DNA of 64,000 nucleotides from Terriglobia bacterium (lineage in GTDB: Bacteria; Acidobacteriota; Terriglobia; 20CM-2-55-15). Under the pieces are notes generated by a model. It worked only from the letters and a program-made list of their open reading frames with translations, did no database searches and was not told the origin of the DNA. Location: NCBI GenBank assembly GCA_965218585.1, contig CBDCLE010000024.1, positions 224,001 to 288,000 of the forward strand, given 5' to 3'. Positions within the stretch are counted from its first letter, which is position 1. Every line of letters begins with the position of its first letter. Positions 49,974 to 63,120 of the stretch are shown piece by piece. A program made the position numbers and the translations under genes.

Positions 49974-52900
49974 CTATTTAGGCGCTCTACGCTTCTTGAC
50001 TGGCTCATCGGAGCGAGCTTTGAGGAGCCCTGGAACTCGGCCTGGCTCGGCTTTCAGGTTGGGTGAAGATTCAGTAATCACCAGTGAAAGTGCGTCGATT
50101 CGCTGGAGGGTGAGCGAGTAGGCCCCGGTTTCGCCGGAGAAGAACGATGTGGCTTCGATTGAATAGTCGCCGGTTGCGGGGATCGTTGTCGTACCTGAGC
50201 CGGGAATCCGTGAATTCGTTCCGTCGCCGCCATCGTCGTTGGATGTCAGCTCCTGCCCCGAAGGATCGATGAGGTACAGGTAGGTGTCAAAGTCGTCCGA
50301 GCTCATCGATATGACGATCGCGTCATCGGCTGTTGCCGAGAACGTGTAGCAGTCGGCGTTCGAGCCAGTTCGGAAGACGGACGCAGAATCGCCGCTCGCG
50401 AGGCTGCCTTCGATGGTCTGTCCGTAGACAAGAGTCGTACAGTCGGCGGTCTCGGTCCGTGTCAGGGTCAACGAGTACGTGCCAGTTCCACCGAAGTACG
50501 ATGTGGCTTCAATCGTAAACGTGCCCGTGGAGGGCGCCGGGAACGAAACGATCCGTGAGTTGATTCCATCGCCCCCGTCGTCGTCGGACGCAACCACGTC
50601 GCCGAGCGCGTCGGAGAGGAAGACATAGGTGTCGAAGTCGTCCGAGCTGAGGGACACACTGATCCGGTCGCCCTCAACGGCAGAAAACGTGTAGCAATCC
50701 GCACGTGAATCGGTCTGATTCCTGGATTCGTCATCGAACAGTCCCAGTGTTCCCGTCACGGTTTCTCCGTAGCTGATGGGTGTGCACGTCGCACTTTCGA
50801 ACCGGGTCAAGACCAGGGTGTAGTTCCCGGTCGAACTACCGCTGAACGAAGTCGCTTCGATCACGAATGTCTCTGTGGAGGGCAGTTCGAGCGAGGTGAT
50901 CCTGGAGTTGACACCGTCGCCGCCATCGTCATCGTCGGCGACGACATCCCCGTCGGCATTCAGGAGATAGAGGTACGTATCGAAATCGTCCGAGGTCAGG
51001 GAAATATCGACCCGGTCGCCGGCCGTGCCCGAGAAGGTATAACAGTCCGCACGAGACTCGCTCCGGTTCCGAGATTCGGCGTCGCTTTCCTCCAGGACGC
51101 CGGTGACGGCGTCGCCGACCGTGATCGGGCTGCAATCGGTCGACGGAGCCAACGAAACCTGGGACAGTGATATTGTGTAAGCGCCTGTTGCTCCTTCGCC
51201 CCATGAAGTGGCCTCGAACGTGTAAGTGGTGGATGCAGAGACACTGAATCCGCTGATTCTTGAGTCCGTCCCCCTGCCGTCGTCGTCGTTGAAGTCGAGA
51301 ACCTCGCCCGAGGCGTCCTGGATGTAGAGATACGCGTCGAAGTCATCCGAGCTGAGCGACACGGTGATGCGTTCGTCCGAAGGAGCCGCAAACGCATAGC
51401 AATCGGCCTGGGAACCCAGACGGTTCGAAGATGTCCCGTCTGTCGCGGCAAGTTCACCACTGACGGCCTGCCCCAGGCTGATAGTAGAACAGGTCAGAGA
51501 TGTGGAAATGGCTTCGCGCGTCACCGAGAGAGTATAGGTGCCCTCTCCGGTCTCGCTCCAGGAGGTCGCTTCGAGCGTGTACTCCCGGGTTGTGGGGAGC
51601 GTCACCGTCATCCGGGAATCTGTCCCGGCGGGGCCGTCATCATTCGAATCGATGACTTCGCTTTCGGCATCCATCAAAAAGAGGAAGGTGTCGAAGTCGA
51701 GAGAATCCATAGCGAATGTGAGCCGGGAGCCAGCCTCGCCGGAGAAGGTGTAACAATCCGCCCTCGAACCTGACCGGTTTCGGCTTCCGCCGTCACCCAG
51801 ATCCAGAGTCCCTGATACGGTTTGACCCAATGCAATCGTGGAGCAGGTGAGCGCTGTAGAATCCGACGCCCGAGCCAGCGACAGGGAATAAGCGCCCGAT
51901 CCGGAAGAAGTGTACGCTGCGACTTCAATCGTGTGTACGCCTCCATCGGAAAGCGCAAGGGAACCGCTGTCCGGAATCCTGGAGTTGCTGTCTTCCGATC
52001 GGTCGTCGTTGGACGCGATGAGCCGGCCCGCGGGATTTACGAGATACAGGTAGGTGTCGAAGTCTGTAGAGGCTAGGGTAACGGCGACACGGTCCCCCTC
52101 TGCTGCGGAGAACGTGTAGCAATCGCCATAGCTCTGCCGGTGATCCGATCCGGCATCGCTGCCTGTCAGGCCTCCCTCGATCGTTTCACCGAACGCGATA
52201 GGGCTGCACTCGAGCGGTGTGTCGGCCGTAACGGAGAGCGTCAGCGTGTAGCTGCCCGCCGCCGAGTCCGAGAAGGACGTCGCTTCTACGACGTAGGTTC
52301 CCGACGCGGGAAGTATCAGAGACCCCGAGGAGGGAATCGCCGCATTCAATCCTTCGCCCCCGTCGTCATCGAATTCGATGATGCGCCCGACGTTGCTCAT
52401 CAGGAACAGATACGGGTCGATTTCGGTAGAATTCATCTCGATCGCAACGCGGTCACCGAGGGTACCTTCGAACGTGTAACAGTCAGCGAAAACGCCGCTC
52501 CTGTTACTGGAAAACCGATCGGTCGCCTCGAGGCTTCCGGTGAGGGTTTGTCCGGGAGTGATCGTGCCGCATCCCTCGGTCGGAGGTGTGGGGGTGGATC
52601 CGCGAACGCCGCGAATCCTATCGTTCGTGCTGTCGGCGATGTAAACGTTGCCGGTGGCATCCACCAGGAGTGCTCCGGGATCCGCCAGAGCAGCTTCCGT
52701 GGCGGGGACGTTATCGCTGGAAAAACCATAACGCCCGCTTCCTGCGAGCGTTGCGATGAGGCCCGTGACGGCATCGACTCGGCGGATGCGGTCATTGAAG
52801 CTGTCGGCAATGAAGATATTTCCGGACTCATCGACGGCCACCCCCGCCGGGTCCGCCAGGGCTGCGAGGGTTGCAGCTCCTCCATCGCCATCGAAGTCCC

Positions 52901-55900
52901 GCTCTCCGTTACCGGCAATGGTTGTGATCGTGCCTTCCGGTGTCACCTGCCGGATGACGTTGTTCCACGTGTCGGCGATGAGTAGATTTCCTGAAGGATC
53001 CAGAGCCACGCCCTTGGGGTTGTAGAGGGAAGCCTCAGTCGCGGGGCCGTCATCGCCCGAGAACTCGGTCGCGCCGTCGCCGGCGACAGTAGTGATGATC
53101 CCGGTCGTGGTGTTGATGAAGCGAACACGGTAGTTTGTCTTGTCTGCGACGTAGAGGTTGCCGTCGGAATCGAGGGCGAGTCCGGACGGATCGGCCAGAG
53201 CAGCTTCGGTCGCAAGCCCGCCGTCACCTGAGAAGCTGAAGTCTCCGTTTCCGGCGACAGTGGTGATGATTCCGGTTGAGGTGTCGAGGAAGCGGACCCG
53301 GTTGTTGAACGTGTCAGCAATATAAAGGTTGCCGGCGGCGTCGGCCACGACCGCTTCGGGCCATGAGAGCTGTGCTTCGGTTGCCGCACCGGTGTCACCG
53401 GCGTAGCCGTTAACGCCACTCCCGGCAGCGGTGGTGATAATCCCGGTGATGCCGTCGACGCGCCGAATCCGGTGATTGCTGGTATCCGCAATGAACAGGT
53501 TGCCTGAAGAATCGCGGGTGATGCCTTCAGGTTGACTGAGGGAAGCGCCATGGGCAAAGCCGTTGTCACCGGAAAACTGGGTGAACCCGTCACCGGCGAC
53601 TGTCGCAATGACGCTGGTGTCGGGTGCGACACGCCGAATTCTGTGATTGAACGTGTCGGCTATGAAGATATTACCGGAGGCGTCGGCGGCCACACCGTAC
53701 GGCGAAGCCAGACTGGCCGCTGTCGCTAAGCCGCTGTCGCCGGAGAAACCAAACGTCCCCTCGCCAGCGACGGTTGATACCATGCCTGTGGTTGCATCGA
53801 TCTTCCGGACCCGGCTGTTGCCCCAATCCGCAACAAAGATGTTTCCGTCCCGGTCCACACCGACCCCTCGCGGTTGAAAGAACTCGGCTCCGAGAGCCGA
53901 GCCGTCGGCAAACCCTTCCAGGCCATTTCCGGCGATTGTGGTAATCACGCCGGTCCCGACATCGACTCTTCGAATCAAGCTGTTTCCGGAATCGGCGATA
54001 ACGATATTGCCGTCCGGATCGACCCCGACGCCGCCGGGACTGTCAAGATCAGCGCTTGTTCCCGCTCCGCCGTCTCCGGACGAACCCTGCTGTCCCGTTC
54101 CTGCGAAAGTCGTAATCGTGCCGGTGGCGCTGTCGATACGACGGATCCTGTGGTTACCCCTGTCGGCAATGAACACGTTTCCGGATCCGTCCACTGCAAC
54201 GGCTGTGGGAGCCGCAAGGGCCACGCTCGTTGCAGGACCGCCATCACCCGATGAACTGCGTTCGCCTGTCCCAGCCACCGTCGTGATGATCCCGGTCACC
54301 GCATCGACGCGTCGGATCCTGTGGTTACCCGTATCGGCGATATAGAGGTTTTGTCCGACGTCAACTGCGACGCCCTGCGGCCCCGCCAGCGCCGCAACCA
54401 GGGCGCCTTCGTTGTCCCGGGAGAACCCGCGCCTTCCTGTCCCTGCAACCGTACTGATGATTCCAGTGACAGCGTCGATTCGCCGGATGCGGTTGTTGCC
54501 AGTGTCGGCGATGAAAAGATGTCCGGCTCCAAAGGCCAGCGAGGTTGGAAAGGCCACCTGCGCCTGAACGGCCAGGGTCCCGTCACCCGCGAACGTGTTG
54601 CCTCCGGCGATGGTTGTGATCTCCCCGTTGGGGAGCACGCCGAGTGGTATCGGGTCGACCAGAAGGGGTTTCTGAACCAGGCCGCCGCGGGTTTGAACTG
54701 TCACGGTCACCAGTCCGCTGGGCAACTGTGGCGCGGCAAAAGATATGGTCTCGGTGTCGGTTGGGGTTGCGCCACTGACCTGGACGCCGCCGACGATGAC
54801 GACGCTGTTGGATTCGAAATTCCTCCCGCGGATCGTTACCGTATCACCGCCGAGGTTGGATACGCGGAAAGGTTCGATCGTCGTGATGACGGGTTCTCCG
54901 TAGCGGATCTCCTGGATCGAACGTTTCGAGTCCGCAACGAGAAGTTGCCCTTCCGCTCCAATCAAAATACCCTCTGGTTGTTCGAAGGAGTTGGGAGGAC
55001 TGACCGATACGACTTCGCTGCCCGAGAGGATGGCCCGTACCTGCTGACTCCCTGGCTCGGTGACGTAAATCGTCCCGGATGAGTCCACCGCGACACCGGT
55101 CGGGGAATTGAAAGAGAGTCCGGGAAGTCCAGATAAGACCCTGGATGACCAGAGCTTCTTTGATCCAGGCACGATGATTCCAGTGCTGGAAGCCTGGAGC
55201 AGAGTTTCCACTTCGCCTGCGGCCGAAACTCGCCGGATTGTTCCGTTGCCTGTGTCCGCAACGATCATGCGATCCGGTGGTGGTGGAAGACCCAGAAGCT
55301 CTCTCTCGATCCGCTGTGCCTGTGTTTCCGGTTCGAGTGCAATCCCGATCGGCGATCGGAACCGCGCTGCGGCCCCGGTGCCATCCGCCTCTCCCGGGGA
55401 CCCAGCAGTACCGGCAACCGTCGAGACCGTTCTAGACACGAGATCAATCTTGCGGATAGTGTGATTGCCGGAGTCGGCGACCCAGAGGTTGCCGCTGTTA
55501 TCCAGAACCAATCCTCCCGGATTGTTGAAGGATGCCTCAGCGACCAGTCCATCCTTGTCGCCCGGGGCGCCAGTCCCGGCGAGTGTTTCGACCTCGCCCT
55601 GACTGGCCAGAGGGACTTTTCGGATGACGTGGTTCTCCGAGTCGCTGATGTAAAGGCCTCCGGTGTTGTGGTCGATTACCAGCGCTCGGGGCGCCTTGAA
55701 TAGAGACTCCAGGGGCGATGTGTTTCGCAATCCGGGAGTCTGTTCGATTCCCGCAAAAATCTGGGCAGACTGTTTCAGATTTTCAGAGGAACGGATCGTA
55801 TGTTGCTCGGCCGATGCGACGTAAAGGCGGCTTGCCTGGTCCTGGACGATCGCGGTTCCAAACCCGGTGACACCTGAGATCACGTTGACCACGCTGATCG

Positions 55901-57606
55901 TGGCCGTAGCCACCACCTCCCCGGCTCCGACAACGAGCGTTGAAAACCCGGCCTGTCTCCCGAAGACCAGTCCCAGGCTGCTGTCGACTGTGGCGACGTC
56001 AGAACTGACACTGGTCAGTGTGACCGGGAAGTCGTCACGGAGATTCCCCAGGCTATCGACCACGCGAATCTGCGGGCGCCCTGATTCTCCTTCGTTGACA
56101 ACCATCTCGAGGGTTGCTTCATTGGATACCGGATCGATCAGGGAAACCGAGGCCACTGAAGCCGTGTTTCCAGGAAAGAACCGCTGACCTCCGACGACAT
56201 TGAATCCGAACTGACTTCCCGTCGTGCCTGCGACTGGAACGCTCAGAACGGTTCCGTTGGACTGGAAGAAATTCAGATCGCCCACGGAAGGGATCGCTGC
56301 ATTTGCACTCAGAAGAATGAGCTGGGTTGAGAAACCCCCGCCAATTGCGATCTGCGGAAACATTAGAAGGGTCGCATCCGGAGGGGCGTTCAAGTCTGCT
56401 ACAGGCAAGGTTGTCAGAACCAGGGTGCTCGCAGTATTTACGGTCGTGAGCTTCAGGGTCACCGGGGCAATCGGAGCAGTGCTCTGGATCTCCATCAGGC
56501 CGGTAAACCCTTCGACCAGATTCGGAAACAATTCATGGGCAAAGATAGCCAGATGATTCCCTGTAGCGAGTTCCCGCGTAACCGAGGATTCCGGGAAACC
56601 GTTCCGGTCCAATAGCGTGATTACCATGTTCGCTGTCTGGGTCCCCGGATTGGCCACCGCCACGCCCGTCCGCGTTCCGTTGTGATCGACGAAGATCCGG
56701 GCCGAGGTGGTTGTTGCGGTCGCGCCAACGCCCGCCTCGGTCACGAGCTGGCCGTTGATCTTGAAAAGGAAGATGGCTGTGCCGGCGGGGCTGGTGGAGC
56801 CGACCTGGGGCACTGCGAGCGCGTACCCGACGCTCAGCCCCTCCACGCTCTCGAGTTCGGGTTGGAACGTGCCGTTGGGTGGAATTTCATAGGAGAACGC
56901 TGAGGCCGTGGTTTCCGAAACCCGTGCGACCAGTGGCTGGCCATTGGATTGGACGAGCTGGATTGTTCCCCGGATGGTTTCCCCGGTCGGGTTCATCAAC
57001 ACGATCTGCGTTGTAAATCCTTCGCCGACTGCGATGTGGGGGAAGACAACGGTTTCTGTCACCGAGGACGCGTTCAAGTCGACAACGGGCAACGTCGAAT
57101 AGATGGGTTCGTTGGATTGGTTGAGCGTTTGACGAAACGCTATGGCGCCAATGGGTTGGCTGCTGGTAAAGGTCAAGCTGCCTGTAAAGCCTGGCGTCTG
57201 CTCTGTAAACAGTTCAGAGACGAACCGTGCCAGATGTGCGTTGGCCCCAAGAGTCTCTGTCTGGGTAGCGACCTGGGTTCCCGCTGTATCGCGAACGACC
57301 ATGACGACACTGGCCGCCTCAAGGTTTGGATTGGCGATCGCGAGGGCGGTCTGGGTGCCACGTTCGTCAACGAAGATGCGGCCTGAACTCAGGGGTTCGA
57401 CAGCTCCGACGCCGGCCTGACTCACCAAGATTCCGGATCCGTTGGTAAAAGTGAACAACGCGGTTCCGGTTGGAGCTTGCCCCCCCGTCAGGGGTCAGGA
57501 CCGTGTAGCCGACCTGGATCTGGCCCAGCGCCCGGGATGGGGCGAGAAGGAGGCAGATCGCCAGAGTCAGGAGTCCAATTCGCCGATTTGTGAGAATTCC
57601 GGGCAT
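49974..57606 (-). CDS. Giant secreted surface protein (~2540 aa): duplicated N-terminal beta-sandwich module, Ig-like, NHL propellers, IPT/TIG, seven PPC-like repeats; frameshift in G7 run at ~57483
   Basis: Signal peptide in ORF 57367-57606 joins the 2494-aa ORF if one G is removed (TPDGGQAPTGTALFTF); repeated ITTVAG.G..GDGG.A..A.L..P.GVAVD..GN.FIADT.N.RIRR; repeated ADCYTF..FDTYLYL..DDDGG..NSRI. Confidence 0.9.
50100..52571 (-). repeat. Seven tandem ~115-aa PPC-like domains, each with two Cys
   Basis: C(S/T/G)(P/T)I..G....G.L...D......(A/G)DCY(T/A)F repeated 7 times. Confidence 0.85.
52610..54625 (-). repeat. Twelve tandem ~57-aa NHL repeats
   Basis: 12 consecutive units counted in the translation; a further ~6 degenerate units at ~54900-55860. 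Confidence 0.88.
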
Positions 57607-57909
57607 GGGGAGGCGTCCCTATCTTCTTATATATAAACGGGTGTCATGAATTGAGCAATTCCCAATCTTGAATTGAAGAACCTTGGCAATGAAGGGTTTG
57701 GGAGGCGTTTGGCCAACTGAGCAACGTAAATCCGGGCTTTGGGAGCGCCCGGAGGCGTCCCTCCCGGTGGTTTGGGGCCGCCTGGTTTTCCGCTCAAAAC
57801 GCCGGTCCCTCCCTGACACATTGACTGGTTCATGACCAAGTTGTAAAGTTCGGTTATTGAAGGGTTTCAAAGTGTAGCTAGAGCATAACACTAACGTAGT
57901 GCCTCGACG

Positions 57910-60900
57910 ATGAGTGCGAAGTGAAGGAAGGCGGCATGCATTCTGGCCTCTTTCGGCCTGATATCCACTCATTCGGCTGTCACTGCGGGTCCTCGTCAGG
58001 AACCCGATGGGGTTATAGATCCTGAGCGTCTCTGGGCCATAGTCATCGGTGTTTCGAATTACACCCACGCCGAGCCTCTGTTGTATGCCGCTTCCGATGC
58101 GGAGGCTTTCGGGGAGTTTCTCAAGAGCCCGCGAGGAGGAGGAATTCCCGAGGACCACGTCACGATCCTCGTCGAAGACCAGGCGACGCGGTTCGGCGTT
58201 CTGGTTGCACTGGAGGAACTGCAGGGCAGGGTTCAGCGGGGAGACACGGTTTACGTATACGTCGCCGGCCACGGCTTCATCAAGAACCGGGTGGGATATT
58301 TCATTCCCAGTGACGGGGCCTTGAACCTGCCCGCGGCTACGGCCATCAATTTCTCGCATCTCAAGGACATGGTCGAATCCGGCCTGGCCCATGCGAATAC
58401 GCGCATTCTTGTGACCGACATGTGCAATGCGGGACGTATCGGGCCGAACCAGACGGAATTGGCGGCGGGCATACAGAACCTGATCAACGCGAACCTTCTC
58501 GACCTCAACGCGGGCGCGGGAACTTTTCTGAATCTGCTGGCCAGCCGGCCCACGGAGGCGTCATGGGAAAGCGACGAACTCGAGCAAGGAGTGTTCACCT
58601 ACACGCTGCTCGAAGCTTTGAACGGAAGAGGTAGTCCTTCAGGTCAGGCGATCGCCTCAGCCGAGGACGTCGTGAACTATGTCCGTTCTGAAGTCGCCAG
58701 CTATACGGCCAGCCAACAGAACCCGATGGCAAACGAGGGCTTCGATCCTATGTTGCCGCTGGCCTATCTGGACCTGCCCGGGCCGGAGCTGTCACCAACG
58801 GATCCAAGAGCGAGTCTAGTTGTCGTCAACGCCGGTCGGTCCGGTTACAACCGTGTGGAGTGGCAGGAGCCTCTGACCGAATCCCAGGCGCTGTTATTGC
58901 TACCGGAGGATCAGGACAACATCGAGATTTCACCCCTGGAAACGGGCGCACTTGAGCTGGTCTTTTACGGCGACGAAGAACAGGAACGCAACGTTACCGT
59001 CGAGCTCGAATCGGGCGAAAATACGCTCACACTGGATGCCGCTGGGTTCCAATTCCGACCGTCGGGTCCGGTTCAGCTTGCTGCATTGGGGACAGTCGCT
59101 CCTCCTCGGGCCCAGCTCGCAGTTCCGGTTGGAGGATCGATACTGTTCCTGCGACCGGCCGCTGGGACCGATATCTACGTCGACGGGCGATATTTCGGCA
59201 GCAGCGATACGACCGATGAGCTGGTTGAGCTCCGGGGCCTCGAACCCGGCATTCTTAACCTACAGTTGCTCGAAGGAGCAGACAGGGAATATCGCTTCCG
59301 CCTGGAGTTGTTCTCCGGACCACAGGTTCTGGATCTTTCCAGTGGCGAACTGCGCTCCCTTGCCGCGAGACCGCCGGCGCCATCCCCAAATACAGTTCCG
59401 CTGACCCTTCCCGCAGCTACGGTTCAGACGTATCAGGATTTCGAACGGGCGCTCTGGGCTCGCGATCTGATCGAGCCGGACGGGCAATCCGCCTGGGACT
59501 ACTACAACCAGATCGCAAAACCAGGTTCCGGCCGACATCTCCGACGACATGCGCAGCCGCCTGGTTGTTGCCCTCGGAAATGAGGCGCAGCAGACGATCC
59601 TGAAGTATCGCAATGGAGGCGCCATCCGTTGGAGCGCCGATGTCTTCGAGGAAGGATCGCTGTTGATCCAGCGCGTCCTTGATCTGTTCCCGACAAAACC
59701 GGAACTGGAATCTCAACGCCAGTTCTTCGACGGTCGTGCGCTGGCGGAAAACGGTCAGTACGCGGCGGCGGTTCAGACGCTTCAGCAGGCGATCGCGCTG
59801 GACCCGGAAGCAAGCCATGCGCACAACGCGATCGGGCTGAGTTTCTGGCAGCAGGGCCTCCTCGACGCGGCGATCGCGCCTCTCCAACAGGCGATCGCTC
59901 TGACTCCGGAATGGAATTATCCCCGGTACACGCTGTCGCTGGTCTACCTCGAGCAGCGCCTCTACGATCAGGCGGAGCAGGGATTTCAGGATGCGCTGGT
60001 CAATGACGCCGAGGACAGTACGGCCTATCACGGTCTCGGCCAACTCTACCTGCTGGAGGGCAGAAATGACGACGCTCTGGTCCAACTCCAGCAGGCGGTC
60101 CTCTTTAATCCGGGCAATGCGTACGCGCATCACACCTACGGCCAACTGCAGCAGCGACTCGGGATCCTGGACGAAGCAGAAGAGATGTTCCGTCTCGCGA
60201 TCCGTCTCGAGCCCGGCGAGCCCGCTTTCAGGGCCAGCCTGGGGAGCGTCCTGGTGGATGCGGGTCAAGGCGCCGATGCCGATGCTGTTTTTGCCGCAGT
60301 CGCAGCGACCGATCCCGACAATATTCCTTCGTCCAGGCCTACCGTGCTTTTCTGGAATCAGAGAACAGACTCGATGAGGCGGGGGCGCTTCTCGAACGGG
60401 CTGTCGAGTTGAGGCCGGAAGATCCAAACCTGCGCGTTCTCTATGGCGGATTTCTCAGGGAGCGTGGGGAACTTGATGATGCGGAGGACGAATACGAAGA
60501 GGCGATCGATCTGGATGAGGCCAATGCCTTTGCACACCATGACCTGGCCACCTTGCATCTGGAGCGGCAGGATCTGGATGCGGCCGAACGAGAACTTCAG
60601 AACGCGATCGAGGCGGACCCCCGATTTTCTGCACCCAGGCGCCTGTTGGGCCAGATACGATTCGCCCAGGGGCGGTTTGAAGATGCGCTCGAAGAATACG
60701 AAACGGCTCTAGAGTTTTCAGTAGAACCGGAACAGGTGGCCGAGTTCGAAGCGGCGGTTGCCGAAACCCGGACGCTCGTCGTTGCCGACAAACTTGAAGC
60801 TGCGGAAGACGCTTTTGAGGACGAACGTTACGGTGATGCCTGGGATGGGTACCTCGAGGCCGCACGAGTATCTCCCGAGGATGCCGATGTGCGAAACGCG

Positions 60901-61707
60901 ATACTTCAGTTCCAGTACGATCGCCCCGAGGAAAGTGAAACCGGTGATCTGCCCGATTCCGAGTTGGCATCGGTGCTTGCGACCCGGTTCTGGGTCGACC
61001 AGGTTGTTGCCGAAGATCTCTGGAGAGCTGGCAGAGCAGGGGAAGCCTTGACGGCGTTCACCGATGCACTGGAGGGCCTGGACCCCGATGAGAGAAGACG
61101 CATCGCCGGGACGCGTTTTAACCTGCGGAACGAAGAGCACGGCATTCACGAGATCATCTATCGCTGGGCGATGCGGATGATCGGTGAGGGCGACTACGCC
61201 CAGGCCCAGGCCGTCATGGACCGTGCCGAAGCGCTCAGTCTGTATGCTCGGGTTCCCGGTTTCTTGCCGCTCACGATCGATAGCCTGATGTATCCGGAGG
61301 ATGTTGTCGACGCCGAGGTGTTCGCCGACTTCGAGATTTCCCATCATCCGGACGAGCGCGCCCATGAAATCTACGCGATCCTGGAAGCGGTGACCGGAGC
61401 GATCGAAGAAGTCCCAACCTATCTGGAGACTTTCGAAGGGCGTGGGCCCCACATCGGAATTCGGATGTCCGTTGCGGAAATACTGAGACAGGAATCCATG
61501 TTCGAAGACGCGGTGCCCCTGCTCGAAGCCATCGTTGAAGGTCCGGAACAGGATCCGACCGCCGCCCTCCCGTCAGTTTATGTCCTTCTGGCCGATCTGG
61601 AATGCTCGGCCGGGGACTGCGCCGGAGCGCTGGAAACCCTGGAATTGGCGCAGGAACTATTTCCCGCAAGCGACCTGATCCAGGATGCGATTGGGCGGAT
61701 GAGATAG
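57910..61707 (+). CDS. Caspase-like (peptidase C14) + beta-rich/PEGA-like + TPR-repeat secreted protein (~1265 aa), broken at ~57922, ~59518 and ~60329
   Basis: WAIVIGVSNY..LLYAASDA, YVAGHG and TDMCNAG dyad, GVFTYTLLEAL.G; many TPRs; single-base corrections join ORFs 58081-59583, 59549-60412 and 60409-61707. Confidence 0.82.
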
Positions 61708-61709
61708 TT

Positions 61710-63040
61710 TTGACGATCGGATCCACAGAATCGCGACCCCGGCCTCTGTCCATCGTTCTTCTAATCCTTTTGATTGGAATCCCTCTGTTGAACGCAGCCG
61801 ATACGCTCACCGGCGAGGTGCGGGGCGAAGTTCTGGACATTGTCAGCCAGAATCCGATTGAAGACACGACGATGACGCTGACCAACGTGGACCGGGGATG
61901 GTCACGCCAGTTATCCAGCGACAACATCGGAAACTACGTTTTTATTCAGCTTGAACCCGGAAACTATTCGGTGGTGGCGGAAAAGGAAGGCTATTACACA
62001 AGCGAACGCACCGACGTTCTGGTCCGTCTGAATCAACCCAAGGTTGTGATTCCCGCATTCGAGCTTCGAAGCCTGGTGGCTACGCCGACACAGCAGCTGA
62101 CCGTCCAGGGAGAACAGACACGTGTGGCGCTGATCGATCTGACCGCACCGGGACCCAATCCAACGATTCTGGCTTTCATCAACGAGCCGGGCTTCACGTC
62201 GCTGGCCTCTACACTCGACTGGACTCTACGCTACAACTTCGAGGGCGAAATATTGGACCTCCTGCCCATGAGAGGCAGTCGCAGCTTCGACCAGTTGTCG
62301 CTTCTTTCGCCCGGTGTTTTCAGGGTGCCTTTTTCGAGTGGATCCGGCCCGGCAGTAGGGAACGGTGTGGGCGGGACCGGCCAATTCTCGGTCAACGGAA
62401 TGCGGAGCCGAAGCAACAACTTCACCGTCGATGGGTCCGATAACAACGACGAAGACATCGGAGTGCGCCGGCAGGGTTTCGTGGCGATGGTGCCGCAGAC
62501 CGTGGAAAGCGTTCAGGAGTTTCAAATCGTCACCGCAGGTTTCCCGGCGGATGCGGGACGAAACACAGGCTCTATGGTGAATGCTGTGTCACGGTCCGGA
62601 CAGCAGGATGTTCACGGCAGCGTGTACGGATTCTTTACCGGCGACGGTCTTGCAACGCGCAACTACTTCGACAGATCCTTCGAAGATGGTGTGAACGGGC
62701 CGGGCCTTGACGGGGGTCGATACGCGGGAGAAGACTTCAGCCATTACCAATATGGAGGCGTTGTCGGCGGGTCCATCATTCCTGATCGCCTGTACTATTT
62801 CGTATCCGCAGAAAAGCAGAGGAGCCGCGGTACGGCGCTGGGCGACTTTGTCGTTCCGACTCTGGGGCAGCGGGGTTTACGGACTGCGAACGGAGTCGTT
62901 GGAATCGATGATCTCGGAGGATTTCTCCAGGGGCGGGGCATTCCCTATTCCGACCAGGCGGGCAGGGGTGTCTTTTCCCTCTACCCCCTTCCGAACGACC
63001 CATCCGGCCCTTTTGGGGAGAACAACTATGCGGCCGCCCG
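61710..63040 (+). pseudogene. TonB-dependent receptor (Oar/carboxypeptidase-regulatory-domain type), 3'-truncated
   Basis: GEVRGEV.D..G.Y.F..L.PG.Y; LP..SRSF.QL.LL.PGV; FSVNGMRSRSNNFTVDGSDNND; ESVQEFQIVT; GRNTG..VNAVSRSG; ends at ~440 aa, well short of a full barrel. Confidence 0.85.
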
Positions 63041-63120
63041 TCCTGGACCCAAGCGCTGGTGTTGACGTGGCGTTGGGTGCGCAATCGGGTGAGGGCATCG
63101 TGGAGGTCTGGAGGGATGCC

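Noticed and set aside
57627-57839. c-di-GMP riboswitch or Pro/Gly-rich small ORF upstream of the giant gene
   Set aside because: Only scattered similarity (CAAACC, GGGACGC) without the required two-stem architecture; the ORF has no RBS or recognisable features
57922-57924. In-frame TGA as selenocysteine or programmed readthrough
   Set aside because: It lies in the signal-peptide region, not at a catalytic Cys; no SECIS-like hairpin recognised; an error or point mutation is simpler
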